The position numbers were made by a program, and so were the translations under genes. DNA of 64,000 nucleotides from Selaginella moellendorffii (Eukaryota; Plantae; Lycopodiophyta). Below the pieces are notes generated by a model. The model did not search any database and had not been told where the DNA came from. It was given only the letters and a program-made list of their open reading frames with translations. The stretch's first letter is position 1, and every line of letters begins with the position of its first letter. The DNA lies in NCBI RefSeq assembly GCF_000143415.4, contig NW_003314359.1:219477-283476 (forward strand). Reading direction: 5' to 3'. Below are positions 35,109 to 48,800 of this stretch, piece by piece.

Positions 35109-36858
35109 ATGGGAAGCCTTTCCTCTCGCGATCACCACCAGCAGGGCTTTCATCTTCTCGCGAACAACAGCTCCACCCAAGAATCCACCGATCGATCCAG
35201 CTACAAGAGGGACGGAAGCAAGCCGCGAGCGGAAGAGCTTGTCGAGTCTGGGCGATGCACGGATTCCAGGGCCTGCCCGTGCGTCGATTGCTTGAGCGAC
35301 AACGCTGCTCAGCCCGGCCACTCCACCTTCTTCCAGGCCACCATCAATGCCTTCGTCTTGCTCATCGGTAAGCCTCTCCTCTTAACTCTTTCTCTGCAAT
35401 GCATAGATCTTAGCTCTCTCTCTCTCTCTCTCTCTCTGTCTGGGGATTGCTTCATAGATCTAGCTTCGCTCTCTATCCCTGTGTGTGTGTGTGTGTGTGT
35501 GTCTATCTGTCTGGGATTGATTCATAGATCTAGCTTCGCTCTCTATCCCTCTCGACCGATCGACCACCTTTGCTGTTGTTTGTCTTGCAGGGCTGGGAAC
35601 CCTGTCGTCCGCGTACGCGGTGGAGCGGTGCGGCTTTTTGGGCCTGGCGGTGCTGTGCATCACCGCCACCTTCTTCTGGATGGGCTCCAAGCTCGTCTGC
35701 CTGTGCATGGAGCCCGACGAGAGCCTCCGCAACTACCAGGACGTGGCCGCCAAGGCCTTCCCGCGCTGGGGCCGCCTCCTCATCACCACCTTCTTCTACA
35801 TCGACATTTTGGGCAGCCTCGTCGGCTACATGGTGTCCATGGGCGACACCATGCTCCTCATCTTCCCCCGCTCCCACCTCCGCGTCCTGGGATTCACCGG
35901 CAAGACCATCTTCACCTGCATCGCCTTCCTGGTCATCCTCCCCACCGTCTGGTTCCGCAAGCTCAGCACCATCTCCTACCTCTCCTTCTGGTGCGCCATT
36001 AGCATCCTCGTCACCATCGTCTGCCTCCTCGTCGCGGGCATCAAGAACAACATCGGCTTCGACCAGGACGTGGCCGTCTTCCGCCCCCGCAACGTCCCCA
36101 TCGCCACCGGTGTGTACACCTTCACCTTTGGCGCCACCGCGGTTCTTCCCAACGTCTACCGCTCCATGAAGTCCCCCGGCAGATTCTCCGAGGTACTACT
36201 CCATCCACTGCCACTGCCACTGCCACACAAAAACTTCCTCTAAAGTGATCATCGGTAAGTCTGTGTCTCACTAGATGCAAACTTGAGACTGGGCTGACGA
36301 ACTTTGCAGGTTCTGACGCTCAGCTTCGCCATGGCGACGCTGCTCAACGTGATCGTGGGCATAATCGGCTCCGTGATGTTTGGAGCGCAGACCAAAGCCC
36401 AGGTTCACCTCAGCATGCCGCCCAATCTCCTGGCGTCCAAAGTGGCCATCTGGGCAACGCTCATCACCCCCGTCACCCAGTTCGCGCTCTTCCTCTCGCC
36501 CATCTCGTGCGAGCTCGAGGGTGTGCTGCTGCCGCGGCTGCCGTGGAGGAGCGACTCCAGGCTCGTGCACGCCGCCTCCATGGCGCTGCGGACGGCGCTG
36601 CTGCTGGGCATCACCCTGGGCGCGCTCGTCTTCCCATACTTCGCAAACATCATCGAGCTCATCGGCTCCTCTGTGAGCGTCACGCTGTGCGTCGTCTTCC
36701 CCTGCGTCTTCTACGTCAAGATCTTCTACCGGAGCTTGATCCAGGCGCAGCAGCGGTGGAGGCTGGTGGGGATCGTGGGGATTGTCGTGGTCAGCGCGCT
36801 GGCTGGGGTCGCGGGCACCGTGGTTTCCATCCAGGACTTGGCGCGCAAGAAGAACTAG
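35109..36858 (+). CDS. amino acid transporter (Aa_trans / AVT1-like), 469 aa
   Basis: Exons 35109-35367, 35591-36192, 36310-36858. Motifs STFFQATIN...IGLGTLSSAYA, NYQD.A..AF, PNVYRSMK.P..F, FPC.FY.KI. Confidence 0.9.
35414..35502. repeat. (CT)n and (GT)n microsatellites in intron 1 of the transporter
   Basis: Direct reading of the sequence. Confidence 0.9.
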
Positions 36859-37047
36859 GAAGTAGAGAATTTTGGATTGAGCAAAAAAAGAAAAAATGCG
36901 TTGACGTTGACGACTTGACCGTTGACGGCATAGGACAGCATATGCTGCATATGCTTAGAGGATCTTTCCTTTCTTTTGGATCGACGACAGGACACATGTC
37001 CGCTACGGATTGACAAGCTCTGTCTGGGTTTTGCCGAGCAGCGAGCG

Positions 37048-39769
37048 ATGGCGGCCGCGATCGCATGCCATGCCGCCATTGCGGCCAAGGCGGGCGGCGG
37101 CGATCCAGCTCCCGGAGCGCCCAAGACCGCTGTGGCGGCCGTAAAAAGCAAGAGCTTCAATGGGAGAGCGAGCTTTTCCTCCACGAAAAGGTTTGGGAGT
37201 TTCTTTAGTTTCCATGGTTTTTTGAGATCGTTGTGATCTCTTCTAGGCCAAATTGCCGTGCATTGGCTTCCCAGACCGCGACGAAGATCGGGGGTAAGAT
37301 TCCTTTTCTCCTTGCCGAGACGATAGAGCAATTTGTTTCTTTTCTCCTTGCCGAGACGTCGTGTAGGTGCCGGGGAGCCAGCAGCAGCATTGGAACTCGA
37401 CTCCCTGCGAGACACGATACTTTCTCGATCCGACCTTAGCGAAACCAGCCGTCGCGCGAAGACTCCTTTCAATGTGGTGATCGTCTCGTCCGAAGCCGCG
37501 CCATACTCCAAGACTGGCGGCCTTGGCGACGTCTGCGGCTCGCTACCAGTCTCGCTTGCTCGCAGAGGCCACCGCGTCATGGTTATAACACCTCGCTACC
37601 TCAGCGCAGCGACGCAGCACTTGTACAAGGCAGCGGTCGACGCGCAGTGCCGCATCAAGGTGGGATGTTTCGGAGCCGAGCACGAAGTCGCGTTTTTCCA
37701 CGAGTATCGAGCGGGTGTTGATTGGGTGTGGAACTACTCTCTTCTTTCTCAAGTTTTGATCAGCTCCTTTTGACAGGTTTTCGTGGATCATCCCTCGTAT
37801 CATCGCCTTGGAACCCCGTACGGAGACACGCGTGGAACTTTCGGCGATAACCAAGTACGCGCAGTGTTTGTCGATCGATTTTTCGAGCTTTTGCGAATGT
37901 GTTTTCTCTTGGCAGTTTCGATTCACTCTTTTGTGCCATGCCGCGTGCGAAGCTCCTCTGGTTTTGCCTCTCGGTGGCTGCGTATATGGCGATAAGTGTT
38001 TGTTCATTGCCAATGACTGGCATGCCGGTCTGGTTCCAGTGTAAGTGGTGGTATGGTTTTTCTTCCTTGTTTGCGACTTACGGGATACATAATGTAGGCT
38101 GATATCTTCCAAGTACCGTCGAAACAATGTGTACAAAGACTCCCGCTGCGTGCTTGCCATCCACAATCTCGCACATCAGGTGGATCCAAACCTCGATTTC
38201 CTGGTTTTAGTTTGAGCTGACTGACCTTGACACGCACCAGGGAGTTGAGCCATCGACAACGTATGGAAACCTCGGCTTGCCTCCTGACTGGTATGGAGCA
38301 TTGGAATGGGTGTTTCCACACTGGGCGAGGGCGCATGCTCTTGACAAAGGAGAAGCTGTCAACCACTTGAAAGGTGGCATTGTTACTGCAGATCGCATCC
38401 TCACAGTCAGCCAGGTTCTCGCCTTTTGGCCATTTCTTTCTTCAACTCTCAGGAATTTTTTTTTCGTTGGCAGGGATATGCTTGGGAGATGACCACCGCG
38501 GAGGGTGGATTCGGTTTGGACGGTCTCCTCCGTAGCAGGAACTCAGTAATTAATGGTGACACTTGACACTTTGGCCTGTTCTACTTCGATGTTTTGAGCT
38601 GGTTCTAAGCGTTTTTATCATAGCTATGTGACAGGTATAACAAACGGGATTGACGTTGATGACTGGAATCCAGCGACAGACAGGAACATCGCTTCACAGT
38701 ATACACTTGACGACTTTTCGGGAAAGGTGAGGCGATAAAACGCAGAGTTCACAGGGTTCATGCTGTGGTTTTTAAGTCCAGGCTCAGTGCAAAGCGGCAA
38801 TTCAAAAGGAGCTGGGGTTGGCGGTGAGGCCGGATGTCCCGCTGGTACGCAAGAAAATTCTGGAGAGTCTCTTTATCTCGAATCACTTGGTTTCACTTCA
38901 CAGATTGGGTTTATCGGACGTTTAGACTACCAGAAAGGTCCAGATCTTATCCAGGAAGCATTGCCAGAGCTCTTGTCCGACGACGTGCAAATGGTACACT
39001 CGGAATGATGCTTCTACTTTCAAACTTCATATAGTCATGTTTTGCAGATAATGCTGGGCTCTGGAGAGCCTTCTATCGAGTCGTGGATGGTGTGGGCCGA
39101 GGTAAATTACAAAGAAAAGTTTCGAGGATGGGTTGGTTTCAACGTGCCGGTTGCGCATCGGATCACTGCCGGGTAACGATTGTCCGCTGCTGTTCCTTGT
39201 TTCTCGTATTTGATTGTTGATGTTGCAGGTGTGATATCTTGCTGATGCCTTCGCGATTTGAGCCTTGTGGACTAAATCAGCTCTACGCAATGAGATATGG
39301 AACTATACCCGTCGTTCATTCAACCGGGGGCCTTCGGGTGCGTGGTCGTGATCATTTCAACTCAATAACACTCATCTCTTTGGTTTTTGCTGTCACTGCA
39401 GGACACAGTCGAGGGCTTCAATCCATTTGCAAATGGTGGACTAGGTGCTGGGACAGGGTGAGCAAAGCTCCACATTTTCCTTTCCTTACCAAAACGTTTG
39501 CTTTCCTCTCTTACAGATGGACTTTTTCTCCATTGTCGAAGGACGCCATGATGGGAGTAAGTTGACATGGTTGTGTGTTGTGATCCAAAGAACAATTTTT
39601 CTCTTCTGTGCAGGCGTTGTTTACAGCCATTTCAACGTACAGGAACCACAAAGAGTCGTGGAATGGGATAATCAAGCGCGGCATGTCGCAGGACTTCTCG
39701 TGGGATCGAGCGGCACTGCAATACGAGCAAGTCTTTGAGTGGACGATGATGGATCCCCCTTACGCTTGA
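37048..39769 (+). CDS. SS1: soluble starch synthase I (GT5), multi-exon, with transit-peptide-like N-terminus
   Basis: Motifs [73 protein letters not shown]; C-terminus MDPPYA*. Confidence 0.95.
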
Positions 39770-39869
39770 TGGGTATGTTTACACACACGGCTTGATCTAA
39801 TAAATCTTTTTCCTTCTCGTTTCTCTCACAGATAATAAATGTCAAACTAGAGCTAGAATCTGGGAACTC

Positions 39870-40362
39870 TCATTCTTCCTCGAGGTTTATGGAGTCCTTG
39901 AACTTGGCGTAGAGCACCCGCTTGAGCTCGTTCATCTTGGACACGACCTCGTCCTTCTCCTCCGCCAGCCGCCCCAGCTCTCGATCGCTCTCCTCCTTGA
40001 GGCACTCGAGCTTGCTCTCAATCTCCTCCTTGCTCAGGTGCCCAAACACCTCGCCAATCTGGTAGCGCACAACCTCCTCGTCGCTCAGCACCAGCTCGTT
40101 GCTTGCGTCCTCGAGATTCTCCGCCAGCTCCTGGTTGCGCAACCAACATTCTCTCAAAACCGCGACGAGAGCAAGCAAGAGTTACGTGCCTTTTTCGCCT
40201 TGATCTCGTCCTCGAGGTCGTGGAACTTGGCGTTGAGTCGCCCAAACGCGTTGATGTTCTGCTGATCCTCCCATGTCACCTCCGTCTCCACGCCCTCCCC
40301 CTGCCACGCCAGAGAAAGGATGAAACCACAGCGCGAGCCACAGCGCTACTTGCCTGCTGCAT
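39870..40362 (-). CDS. PFD4: prefoldin subunit 4
   Basis: Exons 40362-40354, 40300-40190, 40130-39870. Reads MQQG...[15 protein letters not shown]...[14 protein letters not shown]. Both introns require GC donors. Confidence 0.92.
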
Positions 40363-40673
40363 CGCTTTTGCCCTAAATGGGTAAAAGGATCTTTTTAGGG
40401 CATAAATTATATTATGATTACGTATATAATTTAATATGTTACAAAATACAAATAATTAATTATATATGTGAGTGCATGGAATATGGAAAGGGAATACAGA
40501 AATGTGCATATTAATTAGCCCAAAAACCCTAGCTTATATACAGGAGCGAAGGGTCCGAATTGAAACCAATTCGACGGCTACTAAAATCCCATTATGCTAA
40601 AATTAGTATACAGCATTGTAGCCGTACACTTGGCCCTCACATCATCCCCTCTTCTCGGAATAATGGAAGACTA

Positions 40674-43600
40674 TCAAAGTTCTCTTGTAGACGGGCCGGG
40701 ATCTGGAGGAACATCAGGAGGAGGCATCGGCAGATTTGTAGATGGTATTAATCGCTCCTGATCCCTTTGTATGAAGCGTTTCAACTGCTGCACATGCACA
40801 ATCTCTGGAGGATCGGCTTGCTGGACGTCATGCCGAACCTCATAAACTTGTGGTCCAACTTGCCACAACACTTGATACAGTCCTTTCCACTGTGTAAGGA
40901 GCCCCTTAGATAAACCACGTACTGTAAGATGGGGAAAACGGACTAACACCAAATCATCCACTTTGTACTTTGCAAGTGGACGATGACAGGAGTTGTAACG
41001 CTGTTGTTGTCCCACTTGTACGCGGCCTAAGTATTCAGCAGACTTTGCTCGGACAAGTGGAAGAATGCTTGTCAAATATTGATCCCATGACCTAGCATCC
41101 GCAGCTCGTGGCAATCGCAAAGGTAAACCTAACTTCATTGGTAATATTGGATCATGACCATATAAGAGTTTATATGGTGAAGCATCAATAGAACTCTGCA
41201 CCCCAGTGACATATGCATACCGAAGAGATATCAAATAACTATCCCAATCCGAATGCTGAAAGTTCACATACTTCGCAATCATCCCCTTGAACATCTGAAC
41301 GAGTCGATCCACCAAACCGTCTGATTGTGGATGATAATCATTTGTGAAAATGTGGTGAATCCCCAACCAAGACGTCAAAACATGAAATGCCTCAACCATA
41401 AATGTGGGACCATTATCCGAAAGAATCCGCTCTGGACAAGAATGCGGGAACACCACTTGATTGAGGAGGAAGTATCCAATAGCAGTTGAAGAGGCGCTAG
41501 CAAGAGCACCAACTTCCACCCAATGAGTCAAGTAGTCAGAACCAATAATAACATATTCATTGCCAGCAGTCGACCGTGGAAAAGGTCCCATAAGATCAAA
41601 CGCCACCAACTCAAACGGACGGGAAACTGCAATTGACTCCAACTGTTTTTCCGCAGCCCGAGGGGGAGTATTACGAGCTTGGCACCAAACGCAGCTATGC
41701 ATATACCGGATAATATCACGTCGCATCTTTGGCTAATAGAAAGACCTGCATAGCTTCTCGATTATACGACGATGTCCCATATGCCCACCTAGAACAGGAG
41801 AATCATGGTAGGCATGGAGAAACCACAGAATAAAGATAGAAGGCACCACCAGCCATAAATGATCATCAGGATTTGTCCCCACAAAATAAAGAAGGCCATC
41901 TTCAAGATGATATTGAGAATGTAAATGCCGGAAAGGCAAGTCATCAGCAAGTGATGTAGAATTCTCAAACCCATCTCAAAGCCTTTGAATCCATGGCTCA
42001 ATCTTTTGAGCCTCACGAACCTCATCAAGCAAAGGTAGACGTCTAGAAAATCCACAGATGCTGGAATGACAAGCTCGTCAGAAACATGAGAAGAGAGTGA
42101 AGAAGGAAGAGGAGTTTGAGAAAGGGCATTAGCATCAGCTATAGAACTCCCTAGGCGGTGAACAACATCAAAATCATATATCTGAAGTTTCAAAGCCCAC
42201 CGAGCAGTACGACCAACCAGGTTCTTCCGCTTTAATAACAAAGTAATAGTAGCATGGTCACCTTCAAGTAATGTCTGAGAGCAATGTAGATATGCATGAA
42301 GTTTCTTGAAACCCTAGATTGCTGCTAAACACTCCTTTTCTGTCGTAGAGTAGTTCATTTCTGCTAGTTGTAATGTACGGCTTATATATGCAATGGGATG
42401 GCGCTGACCAGGCACACTCGAGCTCTCTTGCATTAACACACATTCAAGACCAATGTCAGAAACATCCACGCGCAAAATAAAAAGTCGAGTGTAGTCAGGA
42501 TATGCCAAAACCGGAGGAATTGTCAATAACTCTTTGAGATCCCCAAACGCCCGCTCACAACCCGGAGACCAAATGAAAGATGACGTTGATGATTTCAGCA
42601 ATGTTTGCAATGTTGCAGTGCGATCAGAAAAATGATCCACAAAACGCCCGAGATATTGCACCTTGCCCAAGAAGCGCTGGACATCATTCACACACTTCAG
42701 AGTAGGGAACTTCAGAACAGCCACAAGTTTGTCAGGATCAACTTGCAAACCCTCATGAGAAATACAGTACCCAAGATAAGTTGTGTCCTTGGATCCAAAC
42801 ACGCACTTTGACCACTTCAGCTTTAAACCAACATCATGTTGCCGATCTAACACTTTGCAAACATCACGAATGTGCTCCTCCCACGTCCCCTCCGAGTGGA
42901 TCAAGACATCATCAGTGAAGTCAACAGTCATCTCTAGCATATCGCAAAGAACCTTATCCATTATCCGTTGAAAAGTTGCTAGAGCATTGTTCAAACCAAA
43001 TGGCATCACCAAGAACTCATACAAACCAAATGGTGTACGAAAAGCAGTCTTAGGAATATCTTCTTCGGCCATCGGTACTTGGCAGTACCCAGAAGCAAGA
43101 TCTAGCTTGGTGAACCAACGACTTCGCCCCAGACGATCCAAGAGATCAACAGTGTGAGGAAGAGGGTACACATCCAGGATCGATAGTCGATGCAGAAACA
43201 AATACTCCCATTAGGCTTCATCACAAGATGAGGTTCACATGCCTAAGGACTCCGTGATTTCTGAATAACACCCTTCTCCAACATCTCCTTGACATTTGCA
43301 CGTAAAATCTTGATCTCCTTTGGTGACTGATGACGAACAGGAACCTTGATTGGACGAGCATCCCTAGTTGGAATCGGATGATGTGTGGCAATCTTGGCTC
43401 CAGACGATATGTCAAAGTCAAAGAGATCAGAATACTCCTTCATAAGCCGGTCAACTGCTGCAACACAAAGATCGTTGAAGGGATGGAAAAGGGAAGAGCA
43501 GAACAAGATAGAAATATAGGAGGAAAGAGTGGGGAAACAAAAGTAATGGAAGCAGAGGTAGAAGTAGAGGGACAAAGAGGTACGGAAGTGAGAGGAATGG

Positions 43601-44490
43601 ATGAAATGTAAGGAAGTATAAGACAAGGGGGAGAAACCTCAAAGTCACACTTGGCATGATTGCGCTGCAACCAATTCATACCAAGAATGAGGTAAAAAGC
43701 TTGACTTGGCACCACCCGCAATGACTGCAACTCAAGCTTGAGATCGCCCACACGCACAACCAAGTCTGCCTCATCCCGTGCACATGCATGTGTACGGCTG
43801 TTGCCATAAAGAATGAAAACTGGTTTTGCCGCACAACACAAGTGTAGACGACAACGTGTGGTAACAGGTCAAGCAATAGAAGATAAACTTGAACCTGTAT
43901 CAACCAACACAGAGAGAATAATAGGAGACTTCTTATTATAAAGATGAGCTTGGAAAGTAAACACTGGATGAACTGGTGCCGAGTGAACCCTTTGATGATA
44001 CTCCCGAAAGAAGGATGGAGGGGTCACTGGCTTATTCGTGCAAGGTCCCTCCGTTACTCGCGCGACTCCTCGTTTCCCGGATGCATCTCGGTGTCCAAAC
44101 CATCCATTGCAGCAGCACCAATGGGATGTTGCTGACGCTAAGGTCTCCACCCAGGAAATGGAGGTCGCCAATCCGGAAAACGCTGACAACGCCGATAAGT
44201 ATGACCAACTTCATCAGATGCCCAACAGCAAACATCACGGCCACAACCACGTCCTCGCCCTTGAACTTGGACTCGAGTAGCAATAGCATCAACCTCCATT
44301 GGAACAGGACCATCACCCACAGGAAGTGGAGCTGAAGGACATGCAACGAAAAGTGGAAGAGGCAATGTCTCATAACGTTGTGCCAAGCGAAGAGCATTGT
44401 CAAGGGTGGCGGGAGCAAGTGCATGCACAAGTCCGACAAGATCTTGACGAAGTGCTGGCCACAACATTCCTTGCTTGATCCGCTTCGACA
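40674..44490 (-). pseudogene. decayed gag-pol of family C element
   Basis: Integrase ORF 40674-41726 (FDLMGP, SDNG, YHPQSDG). RT/RH 42314-43201 (KLDLASGY, MPFGL, FTDD). Protease LVDTGSS near 43890. PVPMEVD and a degenerate knuckle near 44200-44300. Stops and frameshifts throughout. Confidence 0.92.
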
Positions 44491-44496
44491 TATTTG

Positions 44497-45659
44497 TGTA
44501 AGGAACCGACTCCCCGAGATGTCGTAGGCTAAAGGATCCCCAAAAGCTTGACCGAAATGACAAAGAGTTCATCGGATGGGACCAAGTCGAGGATCGAGTC
44601 CAAGACCGACTCTAGGACCGAGTTCGAGATAGAGTCCGGAATCGAGTCCGAGACCGACTCGGGGACCGAGTTCGAGTCCGAGTTCGAGACCGAGTTCGAG
44701 ACGGAGTCCGAGATCCGAAATCGGGTCCAAGACCGAGTCCGAGGTCGAGTCCGAGGTCGGGTCCGAGATTGGGTCCGAGATCGAGTCCGAAATCGAGTCC
44801 GAGACCGAATCCGAAGTCGGATCCGAAATCGGGTCCGAGATCGAGCCAGAGACTAAGTCCAAATACTAATACGGGTCAAGGGGTGAAAGCCCAAAGCGTG
44901 CGTCTCCCAGGGGGGGGGGGGGGGGGGGGGGGGGGCTTCAAGGGGGCCCCAAAAAGTTAGTAGGGATAGTGAGGTCCAGGAACCAGTTTTGAAGGGACTC
45001 TCCAATTGGGCTTCCAAACCGACTTGAGGTTGAGACTGGGACCGAGGGGCCTTGGGTGGGAGTGAGCATGGACTTGGCTGGTGCCGGAGGGCCATCCAAG
45101 GAAGTGCTCAAGAGCAGCTCCCACTCCCGAAAGGGAAACCGACTGCGGTGCTCCCGGCTCAGGTGGAGTGGTGCCCCACTTGAGTACCTTGTGGCTCATT
45201 GGTCCTCGCCCTTCCGGGGGCTTGGGCCTTCCCTTCGGGATGGAAGAGGGGGGGTAGAGGTACCCATACCGAGCCGTTAGGCCACGGTGTTTCGCCCCGA
45301 CGTCCCGAAGCAAGTGCTGCACCCAAGGCTTGGGATTTAGAGGGTCCCATGATCAAGTCTTGTGGTACCAAGGGGTGTTAGAAATCTGGAGGCTTGGTGT
45401 GCTTGGCTGCTTGTGCCTGTGGGGAGTGTAGCCGAACCTTAAGTCCAGTCTAACCCGGGGAGGGGGATTGGGAGAGATTTGGGAATCCGTAGATGGATGG
45501 CTAACACTCCGTTGCTCGTGCAGTAAGTAGCTGAAACCAAGTAGGAGCTGGTACCATAGGCGAGAACCTTGGTGAGGGAACCTAGCACAAGCCAAGGCAG
45601 AGTTGGTCGGATAGGCGAGGTAAGTTGGCAAATTGGAAAGGAAAATTTTGTGGCTTACA
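44497..45659 (+). mobile_element. solo LTR of family A
   Basis: TGTAAG...CTTACA, inverted homolog of 6392-7593. Perfect 5-bp TSD ATTTG at 44492-44496 and 45660-45664. Confidence 0.95.
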
Positions 45660-45819
45660 ATTTGGCTCCGCACGAAGAAAAAGGCTTCGGAAACGAACAC
45701 CAAATTGCATCACTGACTCAGATGGCCCTTAGCGAAGACAATGCAATTGTTGGAAAGCATCATCACAGTCATCGGCATATCCGAAGGCGTGTTTGAAAAC
45801 ATCCAGAAGAACACTCTAA

Positions 45820-48800
45820 TGTAAGCGACTAATTTTTCCATTCTACTTTAGTCACTTAACCACACATTTGACCACTTGGAGGGGTCTCATTCACAACCTC
45901 CTGAAGTCCAATTCAGGACTTGGGACTTGCTAGCCCCGAGGATGGCATCTATGCCACTCATCCCTTGCACTTAGTCCAAGTGCTCCACATGTCTGGTCCC
46001 AAGACTGACACCCAAAGGTACCACTGACATATTGGCCCGTTATGCTAAGGCTATGCCCATTCACCTTTGCACTAGTGGTCCAATACCACTTGCATCACAA
46101 TCCCGTCTCTCCAAGACTGGGCCAACCATCCGTGAGTGGTCATCCCAGATCCACTCCTTAGCATCCTTAGGATGCCTATTGACAAGGGGAACAACCTTCC
46201 CCAATATCCCTCTGTTAGTCCCCACTAGGTCCCGTTTTGCCCTTGGACGTGTTTGCCAACACTGCCACTGGATCGAGGCCCACAGGCCTGACCACTAATT
46301 CCCATGGTCCTCTAGGACTTCCTCACCACATGACCGTATCCTTGGCCACCACACCAAAGGACTGCTCCTTTCCCTTTCCATAGTCTGGGACTTGGGGACA
46401 ACACTTCAGAACACTGTGGCCTTATGCAAGCCACCTGGGTACTCTCCCCGCCTTCTGCCTTTGGGTGCTCTAGCCATGGGCTTAGAGCAAGGTTCCGTTG
46501 AGCCACGCTTGGTATCCAAGTAGGTAGTGCCACCCACACTTGGACTGGGAGCATCGGCCAATCGATCTCCCGGGGGAACTAGAGCCAGCTCTTGAACACT
46601 TCACCAAGCTACCCCGCTTGTCAGTCCGTATTCACTCTAGTCTTGGACTTCCCAGTGGTCAGTTCATCACCCAACACTGGGTCTGGCCTTCCTAGGCCAA
46701 ACTGGCCTTTCCTGGCCAAACTGACTCCACTGTAATCCTCCCCCTTACTATACTTTTGGAGCTCACCAAACCCCCCAGGGTCTGGGAGACGAACGCTTTG
46801 GGCTTTCACCCTCTCAGACTCGGACTCGGACTCGGACTCGGGCTCGGTCTCAGCCTCGGCCTCGGTCTTGGTCTCGGTCCCGGTCTTAGTCCCGGTCTCG
46901 GTCCCGGTCTCGGTCTCGACCTCGAACTCCATCTCAGGTCCTTCTCGGACTCCATCTCGGATTCCATCTCGGGTCTATCTCGGACTCCATCTCGGGTCCA
47001 TCTCGGACTCCATCTCGGTCCATCTCGGACTCCATCTCGGACCCCGTCTCGGACTCCATCTCAGACTCCATCCCGGACTCCATCTCGGACTCCATCTCGG
47101 ACTCCACTTCGGACTCCATCTCGGACTCCACTTTGGACTCCACCTCAGACTCCATCTCGGACTCTGTCTCGGTCCATCTCGGACTCCATCTCGGACTCCA
47201 CCTCAGACTCCACCTCGGACTTCATCTTGGACTCCAACTCGAGTCCATCTCAGACTCCATCTCGGACTCCATCTCGGACTCCATCTCGGACTCCAACTCG
47301 GGTCCATCTTAGACTCCATCTCACACAGTTCCACATGTCATGTGTTGGTCCTTTTGGGTCCCTTTTTGGAGTCTCACTTATTGCTCTCTTCGTGCTTGTT
47401 CCTCGAGCACTTTGTTGGAAGTTCTACTCCCGCTCTCGACCTTCCAAGTCGGAGCTTTTAGTCCAAACGTGTTACGCTTGTTTGGCTTTCATTTCGGCCA
47501 CTACCATGTGGCACCCTTTCCAGCTCCACTTTGGGACCTAGGGATTTTGTGTCTCACAACTCCACCACCCATAGACGAAGTTCGATGTCCTCATCGAACA
47601 GTAAACCCTTTTATAAAGTAACACCCGCAGGTATTACCATTCCCATCCTTGGCACCCGGCCAATATTTGTCTATGGTTTGACCCCGAAGGCTCACCATGC
47701 CTTGTCCATCCTCTAAGGAGGATAGTCTCTCCAAGTTAGAGATTGATTGGACCACTTGTGTTGGTGGTTTTTTCCTTTTATTGGTTTAGTTCTCGCTAAA
47801 CTTGTTAGAGACACCGTCTCTATCTCAATCCCACTACTCCATCTTGAGTAGTTTCAATTTTCATCGATATAACCTTTGCACTTTGGAACGTTTACTTTTG
47901 ACTTCTTGAAGTCAATTTTCCTAAGCGTCTCCGACACCTTACATTGCACATATTGTGCAAGTCCACTTCCCTATCCTAGGAAGTTCTTTACTTGAAGGCA
48001 CCATCATCCTCTTTTCTATTTTGTGCCACCCTTGGCACTACATTCCAATTATCATCATTTGTGCCAGGGCTGTCTACGGCCCTATCCTTTGGCTACTTTG
48101 CCGCTCCTCACTTGGAGCTTTTACTTCGCCAAATTGGAGCACTTGGGAATCTATCCTTGGAAGTCCACTTCCTTTTCCGCAATCGATTAGCATCAAACAC
48201 ATTTGTGTTCCTTGGCTAACTTTGCCATTTGGATTCCTTCCCATGATTCCCATGGCTCTTTTCTTGGCCACTAGTCTTTTGCTCCTATCCTTGATTGTTG
48301 CACCCAGCAACATAGGATCGCTACCTCCATTTTTGAGGTTTCCTTTCGATTCCATAGCAAACACTTTGCTTTGCCAAGTCCAGAGGGTGTTCACCCCTAG
48401 TACGTCTCTTTAGCATTTTCTGTTGTGGGCTCTATCCACGGCCCAACTTTTTGAGACCCTCCCTTGGATCTCTTATAGAGACTACTTTCCTTGGACTTAC
48501 TATGCCATAGCATTGACATAGCTCATTTCCCTTAGGTGTTCTTCCCACTTGGTCACCTCGACCAAGCCACACCTTTATCAATAGTTCAAATTAACACTTT
48601 GAACTAGGAATGATATTCCTTAACCCAAATAAAGACTTTGTCCTTGTTTAGCCACAAAATCACCTAGTGATCTCATCTTGACCCCTTAATAGGTCTATCA
48701 ATAGGAACTAGATCTTCCAGACCCTTCTAAGTTGTTGACTATGACCCCGAGGGCATCCCCCACACTCGGCAGTGCGCCCAAGCCAGCCCTTTCAGCCAAG

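Noticed and set aside
46621-47541. SRTP / LGLH repeat ORFs (also 52516-53177) and a possible CRISPR-like array
   Set aside because: LTR minisatellite with no unique spacers, no cas genes, and a eukaryotic context.
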